Source of the DNA: Stylophora pistillata
Taxonomy: Eukaryota
NCBI RefSeq assembly: GCF_002571385.2
Contig: NW_019217812.1
Location: 75,021-139,020, forward strand
Reading direction: 5' to 3'
DNA length: 64,000 nucleotides
Below, one piece after another: positions 52,401-64,000 of this stretch (its first letter is position 1; each line of letters starts with the position of its first letter). Under the pieces are notes generated by a model. It saw only the letters and a list, made by a program, of their open reading frames with translations. It made no database searches and was not told where the DNA came from. Both the position numbers and the translations under genes were made by a program.

Positions 52401-53755
52401 ACTGTACTCTTTACACACATATTCATCACAACTCACCGAAGCTATTATTAATTCACACAAAATCTCATGTTCTTTCTGTGGATTGAAGAATGAAAAACAT
52501 TTATGCCTGCCATAAAGGTACAGCTAATTTCTGACTGATGATAGAATTGACAGCAGTAACTAGTGTAACTAAAAACAGAGATCTAACTATGTGAACATGG
52601 ATAACCAACAACTGTGCTCTACACTATTGCAGAGCATCCCTGCTCTTTAAAACTTCATTGACTTCTAACCTCTTCATGATCTGCAAAAACTGTGTGCTCT
52701 TGAAATTTACTATTATTACTGCAGCTGCTATTTATAGTAACAGAGAATACTTAACAATTATTCTCTGAGGTGGAGGTATATATCTACCATTTTCATGGAC
52801 ATGTCGAAGTCAATAATAGACTTAATTTCTACCACTAAAACTGAATACTGCGCAACAAAAACATTAAATCAGTTTCAGATGAGTGCCTTTTGTACTCTGG
52901 ATGAAAAAAAAAAAAAAAAACTCAACTCAAATGATTGTGCTGTATGAGAACATTAACATCATTAACAACAACCACTAAAATAAAAAGGGTAATGGATCTT
53001 TCGGCAGTGCCTTGAACATGTATCATAATTCCTTTAAACTTTATTGGTAAATCATTCACACATCAATTGCATGTAATTAGTTCTGTGCTTTGCTTTGCTG
53101 TGGTATTATGAGGTTCATCAGACACATTCACATTTACATCTAGGTCTTAGGCACTAATCAGTTCCAATGCCTGGATTGTTCACATTAATCTTACTTTCAT
53201 TTCTTTACATAAAAGAAACACATGTTGTAAAGTGGAGATACTTCATCTCATCTTATTTTTCCTGATATAGTTTTCTCATATGTCATTGCAAGTTTGCCAT
53301 ATCATAACACTCAAGTTTACCTTCCACAGTTTTAGAAACAATGCAGTATGATCACAATTTTGGAAAACTGCTGATTGCATAAATGCAAATTTACAGGTTT
53401 AACACTACAAGAGAAGGATAATCTAAATATATAGCAAGTATTAAAAGATTGTGTTCCATTCAAAAGCAATGGAATAGGAGCTAATAAACCCATGAAACAT
53501 GTAGTAGTAAACCTTTATTTAACTAGGGTAATCCCTTCAGAATACTTAAATGTATATCTGTTATCAATAGGAGCCCTAAATTAAAAACTAACAAAAAATT
53601 TTAAAAATAAATAATAAGAAACTAAGTAACTAAGATAAAATAGTACAGTATAACAATTAAAATGTGGATATATTTGTCCAAGCTCTTTACTTGTATCTTC
53701 CCATTTGTTTCAGTTAAGAACATACCATTTCCATTCCAGGCTCAATGAGAGGCAT
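43489..53755 (-). CDS. RAP1GAP: Rap1 GTPase-activating protein (~962 aa; 5' end uncertain)
   Basis: Exons: 53755-53726 (tentative), 52166-52059, 51626-51540, 51042-50872, 50616-50498, 50173-50095, 49886-49827, 49587-49504, 49302-49202, 48906-48835, 48507-48450, 48226-48176, 48045-47941, 47586-47515, 47302-47216, 47100-47014, 46530-46381, 46194-46127, 45452-44603, 44368-44290, 44034-43949, 43773-43489 (2889 nt). Motifs: RIDDQR (GoLoco triad), [40 protein letters not shown] (catalytic Asn), [11 protein letters not shown]-terminal coiled coil. Confidence 0.93.
44411..44477. repeat. 20-bp minisatellite, ~3.4 copies (intronic)
   Basis: Unit agcatgggtggacYgaagta. Confidence 0.95.
45860..45980. repeat. 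39-bp perfect tandem repeat, 3 copies (intronic)
   Basis: Unit aaagcgatttagagctgattacttgcttacttagcagca. Confidence 0.95.
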
Positions 53756-54518
53756 AATCCCCAGGTAGGACTACGTGCCGCACCACAAACAACTGTTGCT
53801 TGTCTATATCTCATAGCCTTGCCCTATGAAAACAAAACAAGTTTTAATTAAAAAAAAAAAGGTCCAACACATACACACAAAGTCATTATAATGCACAATG
53901 ACAAAACTTGTCCTAGCCATACAATATAACTCCACAGAAAACTGCCTACAAAAACAAATAAAAAAAGGCAACCACTGCTTACGTAATGTTGGTCATGCTT
54001 GAGGTAAAAGAGTCATAATCATGCATGTATAGTTTACACGATTGACAAGGAATCACTTAGGACAGACAAAACAGTCAATATTGCGAGCTACTGGTAAACA
54101 TGTTATGACTGATGCAAGAGGCAACTAAGTGTTTTGAAAGACAAAGCCAAAATCGAAGTTTTCGTTGAGGAAGATCCCTTTGATGGTGTGTTAAAAGCTT
54201 TTTTTCAAGCCAGTTTGTTACCTGACCAACTTATTAGGAGCAACAGAGATTTCTTGCCATCCCATAATCAATATCAGAACCCACAGTTAGTAGTCCGTCA
54301 GAACTCTATTATATCATGATTACATCAGCATGCAACATTAAGACAGCATCGGCGCTGAAAATAACTACAAACTTACATTATCAGTAAGTCTTAACACTGC
54401 TATTTTTGAAAAAGAATTATAAGGTTACCTGTCTAGAGCATTTCTGTGTATTGAATAATTATCAACTTAATTCAGAACTTAAGGCAGAAAATGGAGCTAC
54501 GTGACTGCCTTTAAAAGC

Positions 54519-54640
54519 ACACACAACCCACAATTCCTCTATTCGCTCCGACAAAGGGCTAATGCTTGATACGTCCGCTTTTATAATCGTAACGGTGGCC
54601 AATTTACCATTTCAACTTTGTTGATATATTGAAATTATTC
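54519..54640 (+). mobile_element. Solo Penelope-like tail with decayed hammerhead motif
   Basis: Aligns by eye with 20402-20521 (cacacaacccacaattcc...gggctaaYgct...acggtggccaatttac). Core boxes are mutated (ccgacaa, gata). Confidence 0.7.
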
Positions 54641-57600
54641 CTCCCTAAATAGACATATTGTAAACTCTTTCAACTCTCTACATGCACTGTAAAAGAAGAG
54701 AATAACTTTGAACCCTCTAAAGTGCCTTTGAATGTCTACAGCTTCTTCAATCTTTTTTTTTTAACAGGTAATAATAAATCTTGAACAAGATACTTGTAGG
54801 AACCTTCAGAGAAACAATGTCTTTTAAAATGGAGATGTTACAGTTTTCCACTCACTGCTCATTTATGAAAAGAGGATAAGGAAAAAGAAACTTTCTCCAC
54901 CTCTCTACTGCTCACCAAAGCCATCAGTACTTTATCTTGTGATTTTAATTTATCACTGGATGAAAGTGTTTGCCACAGAGATGGGAGTGTGAAATTGTGT
55001 GCATTCAAAAACTAAAACAAATCTTAGATGCAGAACAACTAACAATGAATGTATTTAATAAGGAGATAGCATGTCAATGGATCATCAGGAAAAATTTTCT
55101 GACATTGCAGGATGTAACTTTTGCAAAACACAAAATAATAATAAGATCTGTCACCACACAGCTGCATTCAATTACCTAATTGTTACTGGATCATTGAATT
55201 TAAGCTTACAGACTCGCTAGTTACACTATTTATTTCACTTTCTTTGATGAAAATCTTGAGATAATCTCACTTAAATCTAATACTGCAAGTCAAATTAATC
55301 AGAAAGATGATCAACCTGTAAACAAAGCCAATGCAAATTTGCACTTAAAAAAGTTAAATGCTCTTAATTGTTTCTGTAAGTCAAATTAAATTCATGATTT
55401 TCCCAAAGGGAAACCTAAACAAAAACATCAAAGTTTGGCTAACAATGACAGGACTACAATTATTATTAAACAAAAGTGAAATCACATTGAGTATTCTGAG
55501 AAGATTACAGGTTATCAGTCTGTGCACAACGCTTAAGACACCTAAGAAAGGTGTAGCAGAGCCATAGACCTCAGGGCAAACGCCAAACCATGAATTCCTC
55601 GGCAGAATGTGCAAATCGCCGAACAAAGAGTCTATTGTACTAAGAAATAGATGTAATTAAGCTCTTTCCTGCTCCTTGCGAAGGGAATTAAGTTGAATAC
55701 TGAAAACATCATAGCTAATTTCATAAAATTTTGACAGTCGATGAATGAGCTGAATTCAAGACATTAAGCCGGTAAATTTGGTAGATTTTCGAACACACAA
55801 TGCCGTCAGTTTGAAAATGCCTCTTTCGCCAAGAACAATCGGTTCAAATCTGATATATGCCAAGAAAGTTTAGAGTAACTCCAGAGAGTTGCTTAGTTGA
55901 TAAAATACTTAACTTCACTTTCTTTAAGGGAGCAAGAGTTAGAAATGTTGTGTTTGAAAACATTCCTGCTCACTTCTCTAAAGTTAAACAAACTAATAGC
56001 TGTAATCAGAACGCAAACTATAAGCGTAAATTTAACAGATAAACATGACAAACTCTCTCTCACTCACCGTAAATTCGGGCAAGAGTCCGTATAGAATAAT
56101 TTCAAAGATGAAGCTTCCCGTAAAAACTTTAGGCCTTAAAAGATGCCGCGTAACACCTCGAATAAAGGTCACGAAATTTCCTTTCGGCAAATATATAACT
56201 ATGATGTTGCCGCGCCGCTCGCATGCATTAGTGCTCACCGCAAATTTGTTACACAAATATTTATCTGCCAATCAACATGGAAACAATGAAATGACATAAA
56301 ATGTCTACTCAAGTACGAAAAAGCACTCGAGGAAAGCAGCGCTAGCCGTCAACCTAAGATTGGTCTTACTTGGTGAATTTTGAAGTTTTAACGACTGAAT
56401 CTCAGGCAATATCGTAAATTACTTTATACCCCGAAGCGAAAGAAACGAAATTACTCCTTCTGAAGTCGTTAGTGATTTCTTTGTCTTCAATATATTTAAA
56501 GTAAGCTACATGTAAACTCTAGCAGCAACACGAAACAAAAGGAATCCACAATATTGACGGACAGACTACCCTGGCCTGAATGATGCCATGGATGGCGCTA
56601 CGAAATGATCATCAAATGAACTACGCGCAAAGATGTAATAGATGGCAAATTGCTTTCTTATTTAACAAAATTACATACCTTAAGTGTAATCAAGCTGAAA
56701 AGGGATATAAAAAGAAACAAAAGCCCGTCAAAAGCACGGCAAATGGAAGCAAAGTAGCGATGGACTTCGATACGATTTTTTCTTGACGAGGATTCTTCTA
56801 TAAATAGCCACTGACCTGTATTGATAAGGCACTGCGGGAACTTATAGGTCGGGGACTGGCCCTAATCAATTCGATTTGAAATGCGCAACCATGGAATTTC
56901 ATCAGTTGCTCTTCAGTTCTCTCCAAAAATCAAGTTTCGAAAGAAATTGGAGTATTACCAGTAAATTCCTTGAGTTTGTCGAAACAAGAAAACGTGATAA
57001 GGAAACGTGACTAGCACAGGGAGGGTTTCGTCGTTAGCAGCCCTATATCACATTATGATGGGTGTCACCAATGGAGACACTGTAAACATCAACTTTCTTT
57101 CTCATTAACACATAGCTTACTTTAATTAAGCCTTCCTACTTTTCCATAGTCAGTCTACCTTTGATAACAAAGATTTGAGAGGAAACTTTCAGAAATGGCT
57201 TGGTACAAACGGATGAAGTTTCTATGGAGTAGATTGTCACTGATAAAAACTTCGTTTTCTGGCATCGTGACCCATTGTCTAGTGACATTTTGAGAGTCAA
57301 TATCTGCAATATCCGTGAGAAAACTCATTGCATGATGAAAAACTTCAAATTTCAATAACAAACCATGGCAAATATCACTCTAACGCCTCAGGTCAAAAGT
57401 AATTTTTAATGAAAATTACTGAAAGCGACTGAAGCGCTGTGTACTATCTCTACTATCTCCCAAAATGTTTTTAACAAAGAAATTCAGACCCTTGTCAGTT
57501 TATGACTATTATTAACGTTTTCAAATTATAACTCGTAAAATTTAATTTCATGGAACTTATTCTTTCTTGTCTTGCTAAGTGATTTTCATTTAAAAAAACG

Positions 57601-58163
57601 AAATACTATTTTTAGAATCTATATTCCTAAAATAGAAAATTTGCTTATTCTGAGCGCTTTTCATTTTGAGTGATCTGGCTCGTGGATTCAAATGGTCAAG
57701 CAAATTAATCAAAATTGGAATAAGTACTGACATATCAAACATTAAAACTTATTTACCACAAGCTATTTCACTTTAGTTTTTGGTCTACGTAGACACAGGC
57801 AAGCTGAGAACTGTTACGTTTCGACAAGTTACCTACATAGAACAACTCAACGTTAATGTCCATGATTATAATTATAGAGGTAATCCGTTGTATTTTTGAC
57901 ATTTCGATGACAAATCATGAACATGGCGAGTATGGTACAACGTTCTGGACTTCTCCAATAAAAACTGACAACAACGTCTTTGCTCTCAGTTTGATATAGT
58001 TTTAATAACCTTTGGGATAATGGTGAACATGTAAATTAATGCACACTTAAAATCACTTCCGTCTTAATCGGAATTGAACTCTCCATCGTGGTAAATACAG
58101 TTAACGCTAATTTAAAATCAGTAGATGACTTATTCGTTACTTTTAAGTTGACATAAAATGGGC

Positions 58164-58316
58164 GTGTGGAAGAACGTACAGTGTGGAAGAACGTACAGTG
58201 TGGAAGAACGTACAGTGTGGAAGAACGTACAGTGTGGAAGAACGTACAGTGTGGAAGAACTTACAGCGTGGAAGAACGTACAGCGTGGAAGAACGTACAG
58301 TGTGGAAGAACGTACA
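58164..58316. repeat. 17-bp minisatellite, 9 copies
   Basis: Unit gtgtggaagaacgtaca with few substitutions and no spacers. Confidence 0.95.
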
Positions 58317-58655
58317 GTGAAGCTCCTNAATATCAAGTAACTATTATTATTAAATTCTTATGTCGTATGTCTTATTGTAGGTTCTTGCTCTTCTAATGTT
58401 AATCCTAGCTATTTGTGAGTATATGTGTATACCCATTTCTATCTATTTTATTTACCTGATTTTGATATTGAGGTATTTTGCTAAATTTTATTGTAAGACA
58501 ATCCGCCCCGATTAGCGTTGCTACACGCGGGTTGTATTAATTTATAAAGCTGTTAAATTTGTTTGTTATAATAAATAAAGTGTGTGTGTACGTATGATGG
58601 ACGATCCTCGCAGTAGATAGCGCCAATAGCGAAAATCAGACCTGAAAAAAATCAG

Positions 58656-58726
58656 GCCTGTACGGGATTCGAACCACTGACCTCTGCGATACTAGTGCAG
58701 CGCTCTACCAATTGAGCTAACAAGCC
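58656..58726 (-). pseudogene. tRNA-Thr(AGT)-like sequence (SINE-type head or pseudo-tRNA)
   Basis: Acceptor stem ggcttgt/acaggcc, D arm gctc/gagc, loop ctAGTat, GGTTCGAATCC, followed by T7. The T stem has two mismatches. Confidence 0.7.
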
Positions 58727-58773
58727 AACTGAGAGCAGGCCGTTAAGTTGATTCGTAATAAACCCGTGAAGTT

Positions 58774-58844
58774 GGCTTGTTAGCTCAATTGGTAGAGCGC
58801 TGCACTAGTATCGCTGAGGTCAGTGGTTCGAATCCCGTACAGGC
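58774..58844 (+). pseudogene. tRNA-Thr(AGT)-like sequence, mirror copy
   Basis: As the left copy, with an extra anticodon-stem mismatch. Followed by T7. Confidence 0.7.
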
Positions 58845-60985
58845 CTGATTTTTTTCAGGTCTGATTTTCGCTATTGGCGCTATCTACTGCGAGGATCGTC
58901 CATCATACGTACACACACACTTTATTTATTATAACAAACAAATTTAACAGCTTTATAAATTAATACAACCCGCGTGTAGCAACGCTAATCGGGGCGGATT
59001 GTCTTACAATAAAATTTAGCAAAATACCTCAATATCAAAATCAGGTAAATAAAATAGATAGAAATGGGTATACACATATACTCACAAATAGCTAGGATTA
59101 ACATTAGAAGAGCAAGAACCTACAATAAGACATACGACATAAGAATTTAATAATAATAGTTACTTGATATTAAGATAATTAGTAATTTTAAACACTAATG
59201 CAGAGACGTCTCTCTATTAACGATGTGAAATTTTCATTGGTCCATTTTACGACTGAACTTTATCTTCGTTTCGTCATTGTCATTTTGCAAAAAATGATCG
59301 AGATGAAGGGCAATAGACCGTGCTCATGAGTTCACGCTCTTTAGACTCTGGACACAACATATCTTGAGATATAAAAGTTCGGGTATGGCAAGCCGTTTGT
59401 AGCAAACTTTACCTCTCTCAGTACATGCTTAGTCAAGACTCTCGGTGTTGAAAATCAAAATATTGAATAGAACCAAACGATTGGATTGAATGCCTTTTTG
59501 TCTTTCAATGAAACCAATATTTTATGGATTAAACATATATTGCAAGGGTTATATTTTGCTGTTAACGGCTAGTAATACCTGGGGGGAGGGGGGAGGGGAG
59601 GGAGACAAGTAAGGCTCCAAAACAAGGCATGTGAGAGGGACAAAACCTTTAACGAGGGCCAAACAACGCTTCATTATTCACTTGAGAATCATCACCTTTA
59701 TTTAATAAAGACCGTATAAAAAATGTTTATTTTTAGTCGAAAGCTCACAACATTTTAGACGGAACCACTACAGGATTTCAAACTCACGTACATTTCGTCA
59801 TGAATTGAAACCGAATCCACATGTATGACAAATACCACCACATTACATTAATTACTCCAAAATTTTGGCACGAAAAGGAACGGGGAAGAGAAGGCTTGAT
59901 AGAAACTTGACGTTCTCCATGGCGAACGTGGTATCATCTCAAATAAGTACTCAAGAACACTCTATGTCTTAGTATGATTGTAACACTAGAATGTCTCAAC
60001 TAAAAGTAAATTTTGATTTGATCCCTTAATTTAAACTTTATTTTACAGAGAGTTTGGAATGATACCTCACGATTAAGCTTTACGAACCTTGCGAGAAAAC
60101 GTCTGCTTAACACGAGAGAATGCTGCATGAAACCCTAAGAAAAATGCCGGATTAAGTTCTTCCTGAGATCGTAACGAAACTTTGAAAATTTCAAAATGCG
60201 CAAATGGCTTTGGGAAGAGACACCAGTTCTCGAGATCTCCACAACAAAAATCTATCAAAAACTCCTCCAACATTTCAGTGTCAAGTTTCGATCATTTCGT
60301 CGTAAATGTGGTCTATTGTTAAAAGGACTTTAAAACCCTTCAATATATTATACACTTAAATGTACTACGATTTGAAAAGTTCTCCGTTATTAAAAAAAGA
60401 CAAAGTTCTCTGTTATTAAAAAAAGACAACCGGCGAAAAAACAAAAAACCAAACAAACAAATGCGTACACAAAAGAATATTGAGGATTTGAACAACTTGC
60501 CATCATGTTTTCAAAACTTAATATTTAAATCTAGAAATAACATTTATACGAGTCTGTACAATCATTCGTCATAAGCCACTCCCTGACCTTGCTGCTCTTT
60601 TTAATACAATACGGTCTGTGGTGTATTTGTATTTGTGTCAAGTAAAAATGCATTTCTAAGCTGTAATCGGAGAACAATCCATTTTGTTGGTGTCTATAAT
60701 CGGTTTTTCGAGTGCAGTTGCGCTAATGATTGACCGCAAAATGAAAGGAAATCGCAAAATAATCTCTGAAACCCAGAGTTTGCCTGTTATTGACAGGTGC
60801 AGTAATAATATAAGTACAACAGCGCTTTACAATACTCTCTTATTGAGGGGTTAGACCATACAAGCGCAACTGACGACGAACGTTCTCTGTGTGCTGCCGT
60901 GAGATTTGGACCATAACAAGTATACTTGTCGTGCATTGTTCCCAAACAATGTTCTTAGTAGTTATAATATTTTCTGTTGACAGAG

Positions 60986-63622
60986 TTATTTCTTCTTTCT
61001 CTCTTGTGCACATTTTGGACAGTACCTGAAAGAAAAGAATAAATACAGCTCTGCTCAGGAGTATCTCTTCTAATCAAGTGTGAGAATCTACGTCACTTCA
61101 ATTCATATCATAGGATGAAAACTTCGAAACAACGTGATCAACAAGCAAACTGCACTGAATTCTGCATAGAGGTTTCGAGACCTACTTACTAGAGAAATTT
61201 TTATATACACTGCGACTTTAGATTTTACTGAGAACCATTTGCACAAAGAGCAGGTTCTTCTGAGAGTAATTAAATTTCAGTTTGAAAGTATTCGGTCTCA
61301 ACTGATATAAATCAAACTAAAGTCTAAAAATAAAAACTCAATTCTCTCCCTCTCGATATGAAGACAGAGCATTCAGAAGTGTTCTCTTTTCATTGAGAGA
61401 TTGATATCTTTCAATTTAGGTTGCAATCATATCTCTCTCTCTCTCTACCAACCCACAGCAGTAGGATGAATTAGAGGCACATGCCACCCTCCCCCCCTCC
61501 CCCCCGATACACCAACAATTATAGAAGTTAAAGTAAAATTACAAATTTATAGAATTAAAAGCTAGCCGGGACTAACCATTTTCCTTTCGGCTTTGATGTC
61601 AGTCCTACACACGGGAAGTGAAACCATTCAATTGGGCACTAAAATAAAAATAGCAAGTTAACGTCTTCTTGCCTGTGCGCGTCCCTTACTGAAAAAAGGT
61701 AACATCATTACTGACAAATGATTATTATCTATGATGAAAAAAGATTTAAGTTCACTCTAAAGAAAAATATAGTTTGTGTTCTCAGAGAGAACCTCTCTAG
61801 AGAGTAGGTTAGTCAGTCTGCAGTTCCAATGTGTGTATCTCTCTAACTACTTTAAGTGTAAAGGACAGCAACTTGCAACCTAGAAAAATCAAGAAACCCG
61901 AACTGCCGTTTAAATGAACTGGCTGCACCTAACGAAACTGTAAACTTGTAATGGTTTGGTTTGACACCTCATTCTCTCAATATCCAGGTCCTTTAATGCA
62001 CTTCAGTTAGCAAATGGTCTGGTAATGGGGAACAGTTTACATGAGAGATCTTTGAGGAAAAAATCAGACTCACTTCTTAAATTGGATCAAATGTAAAAAG
62101 AAAAAAAAAATTAAACTTAGGAGCACTTTCACTATACAATTAAGTCATTTTGATACTGAATCCTTGTTGATACATTAGAGACTTTAAGCTGTCAGGAAGG
62201 CAACGCCACGGAAAACGTCGATTAAATAATTAGTTTCTACTTTTAGTTAGAATTTCCAAAATGGCTGAACGTGTTTATCGTCTCATAGGGCGCCAGACCT
62301 CAAACTCAACATAACGCATAAAAGTAGCGTTGAGTTACAAATGTAAATTAAAATAATTTGCCGCCGCGGTTTCGCTTCGCAGACGACGCAAATTTTGGTG
62401 ATTTCACGTTGCTGTTTTACAAACGGCGGCTAAGAAATGTACAAAGTTTTAAAACGCACGTGCTGGGCTATTGTTCTGCCAATTAGATCTATTGTTTTTC
62501 CACGTTCTCGTTACCGTAGCCGTCGTGGTTTGCTTAAAGTCCCTATCAACTTTGTTAACACTTGATGATGCCTTTAGTTGTTACAAAGATAAAGTCTTGC
62601 TATGGGGGAACGACAACTTTTCTCCACTTACATAACTCCTAAATGAATTGACCTAACAGTAATGATTGATGATCGCTGGATAGCTGTGTTATGCCTACCT
62701 CCGTGTTATCACACCCTATCATTTCACCGTATGAAACCTTCGTAATAAAAACCAAAGGAATGCAATGTTAATAACAAGCCTCAAAAAGAGCACAATGAAA
62801 TCATTATTTGTATTATAGTGTCAATAGAAACAAAGAAACTTTCTTGCAGGGAAAAAGATCTCTTTGGATCTTTGTATTTTTGTTCAGCCTTCATTCGGTC
62901 ACTATGGCCCTAAGGTATGTTGTTGTGCAGGTGTGGTCAAAAATCTGACAAGGAATTGGGGATTCCACTATCCAGTTGGTCAAGAAAAGTGCAGGGGAAT
63001 TATTTGTGTTGACACAAATAACCCTCCACAGAAGTAGCATTCATGAATAGTTCTGAAGGATGATTATTGGGCCATAAATTTGGAAACATTGGTTCTTGTA
63101 AGTAGGCAGGACAGTATTGGGCAAGAGAACTGCATAATATTATGTCACTCAAATACAATATCTACTTGAAAATGAATAGCATTTTCTTTCTATTTCATAG
63201 TGTGTCAAGGTGCTAATCTACGTCACTTGAATTCATTTTGTGTTTCCCAAAGGCCTTAGTTTTTGATATCTTAGAAACCAAGGCATAATAGAAACCATTT
63301 GATATATGTATTTGAAATGTTTTCTTGGATGTACAACAAAGCATGTACTGGTACCTTTCTCTATTTGTGTATTATCTTTTTTAAAAGTAACAAACAAAAA
63401 TATTACTTGCATGTACATCAATAGATAAAATAAACATGGTAGGACCATGCAAAAGCAGTTTATCAACCTATAAAAACTTCTGGTACCTTTGCCAAGCTCC
63501 TTACCTGATGACATAGACAGTATGTTGGCTCATTAGGGTCAACTGGCATATCAAGTACTTGTACCTCAGGTGCCAAAATAGACACAGCAACTGCAAGTGA
63601 CTTGGGACCTTCAGATTCAACT
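60986..63622 (-). CDS. ING4/5: Inhibitor of growth protein 4/5 (PHD finger), last four exons; 5' part outside the window
   Basis: Exons 63622-63505, 62737-62699, 61638-61577 and 61025-60986 give ...[64 protein letters not shown], the ING4/ING5 PHD signature. Confidence 0.96.
62177..62544. mobile_element. MITE in an ING4/5 intron
   Basis: TIR agagactttaagc / gcttaaagtccct with GC-rich subterminal motifs. Confidence 0.7.
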
Positions 63623-64000
63623 CTAAAACAAGCCACAATAGAATTGTTAGGATTAAAAATACAACATTGTTGGGTTCCATATCAATAACATCAGCATGTT
63701 CCAAGAAATACTTATAGGTACAAATTTCTGCAAAATTATTAAAACTTGATGTGTGATGTTCGTAGTTTCAATTATAGTAGAAAAATATTGTTGTGCTCCT
63801 TTTCTACTTTTTGCCTATTTCATTATGGTTCTTTTATAAAATGATCCATCTTTTGGTGTTTTCATCGTTCAGAAACAGAAAACCTGTTTTTTATACCATA
63901 TTCAAGACTAAAGATAAAGGCAACCTCAAAACTAGACGTTCAATTTCAAGGTTTTGCAAGAGTGAGGTGTTGTCTATCACTTTCGAGCAAAACAAAAATT

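Larger units (their letters stand above)
58329..59171. repeat. 843-bp inverted duplication (402-bp arms, 39-bp spacer)
   Basis: 58329-58730 is the reverse complement of 58770-59171, with one mismatch noticed. Confidence 0.95.

Noticed and set aside
58164-58316. CRISPR-like array
   Set aside because: The 17-bp units are contiguous with no unique spacers, there are no cas genes, and the context is eukaryotic. It is a minisatellite.
58656-58844. Functional tRNA-Thr genes
   Set aside because: T-stem and anticodon-stem mismatches and the repeat context indicate a SINE-type or pseudo-tRNA.
59581-59604. G-quadruplex-like G tracts (also ~41966-41988)
   Set aside because: Simple G-rich low-complexity runs with no supporting context.
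61577-61638. Alternative first exon of Rap1GAP (MVSLPVCR...)
   Set aside because: Another frame is clearly the ING PHD exon [21 protein letters not shown].

Overview
AT-rich, intron-rich animal genomic DNA with five assembly gaps (10707-10722, 13948-14231, 30273-31089, 35883-36381, 58328). The repeat families suggest a cnidarian, probably a stony coral (inference). I rebuilt four minus-strand spliced genes by hand from GT-AG boundaries and phase-consistent translation. (1) A complete 17-coding-exon, ~983-aa receptor tyrosine kinase: signal peptide, LamG/pentraxin-like domain, 2x FN3, TM, split kinase (31710->2668). (2) A 4-exon, 178-aa secreted protein with propeptide, short coiled coil and one C-terminal 4-Cys module (40084->38353), largely invisible in the ORF track. 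(3) A Rap1GAP (~53755->43489, with a candidate alternative last exon at 42477->42314). (4) The 3' half of ING4/5 (63622->60986). The 14-kb RTK intron holds nested mobile elements: a Penelope-like element is interrupted by a pogo-like DNA transposon, which contains two L2/CR1-type LINEs and a tRNA-derived SINE. An RTE relic and a hAT-like MITE lie alongside. Most interesting: the pogo-like element carries a stand-alone HIRAN-like ORF divergent from its transposase; the secreted single-module protein; the RTK architecture; a 2A-like peptide behind a signal-like leader in a LINE; hammerhead-like motifs in Penelope tails; and an 843-bp palindrome centred on two outward-facing pseudo-tRNAs.
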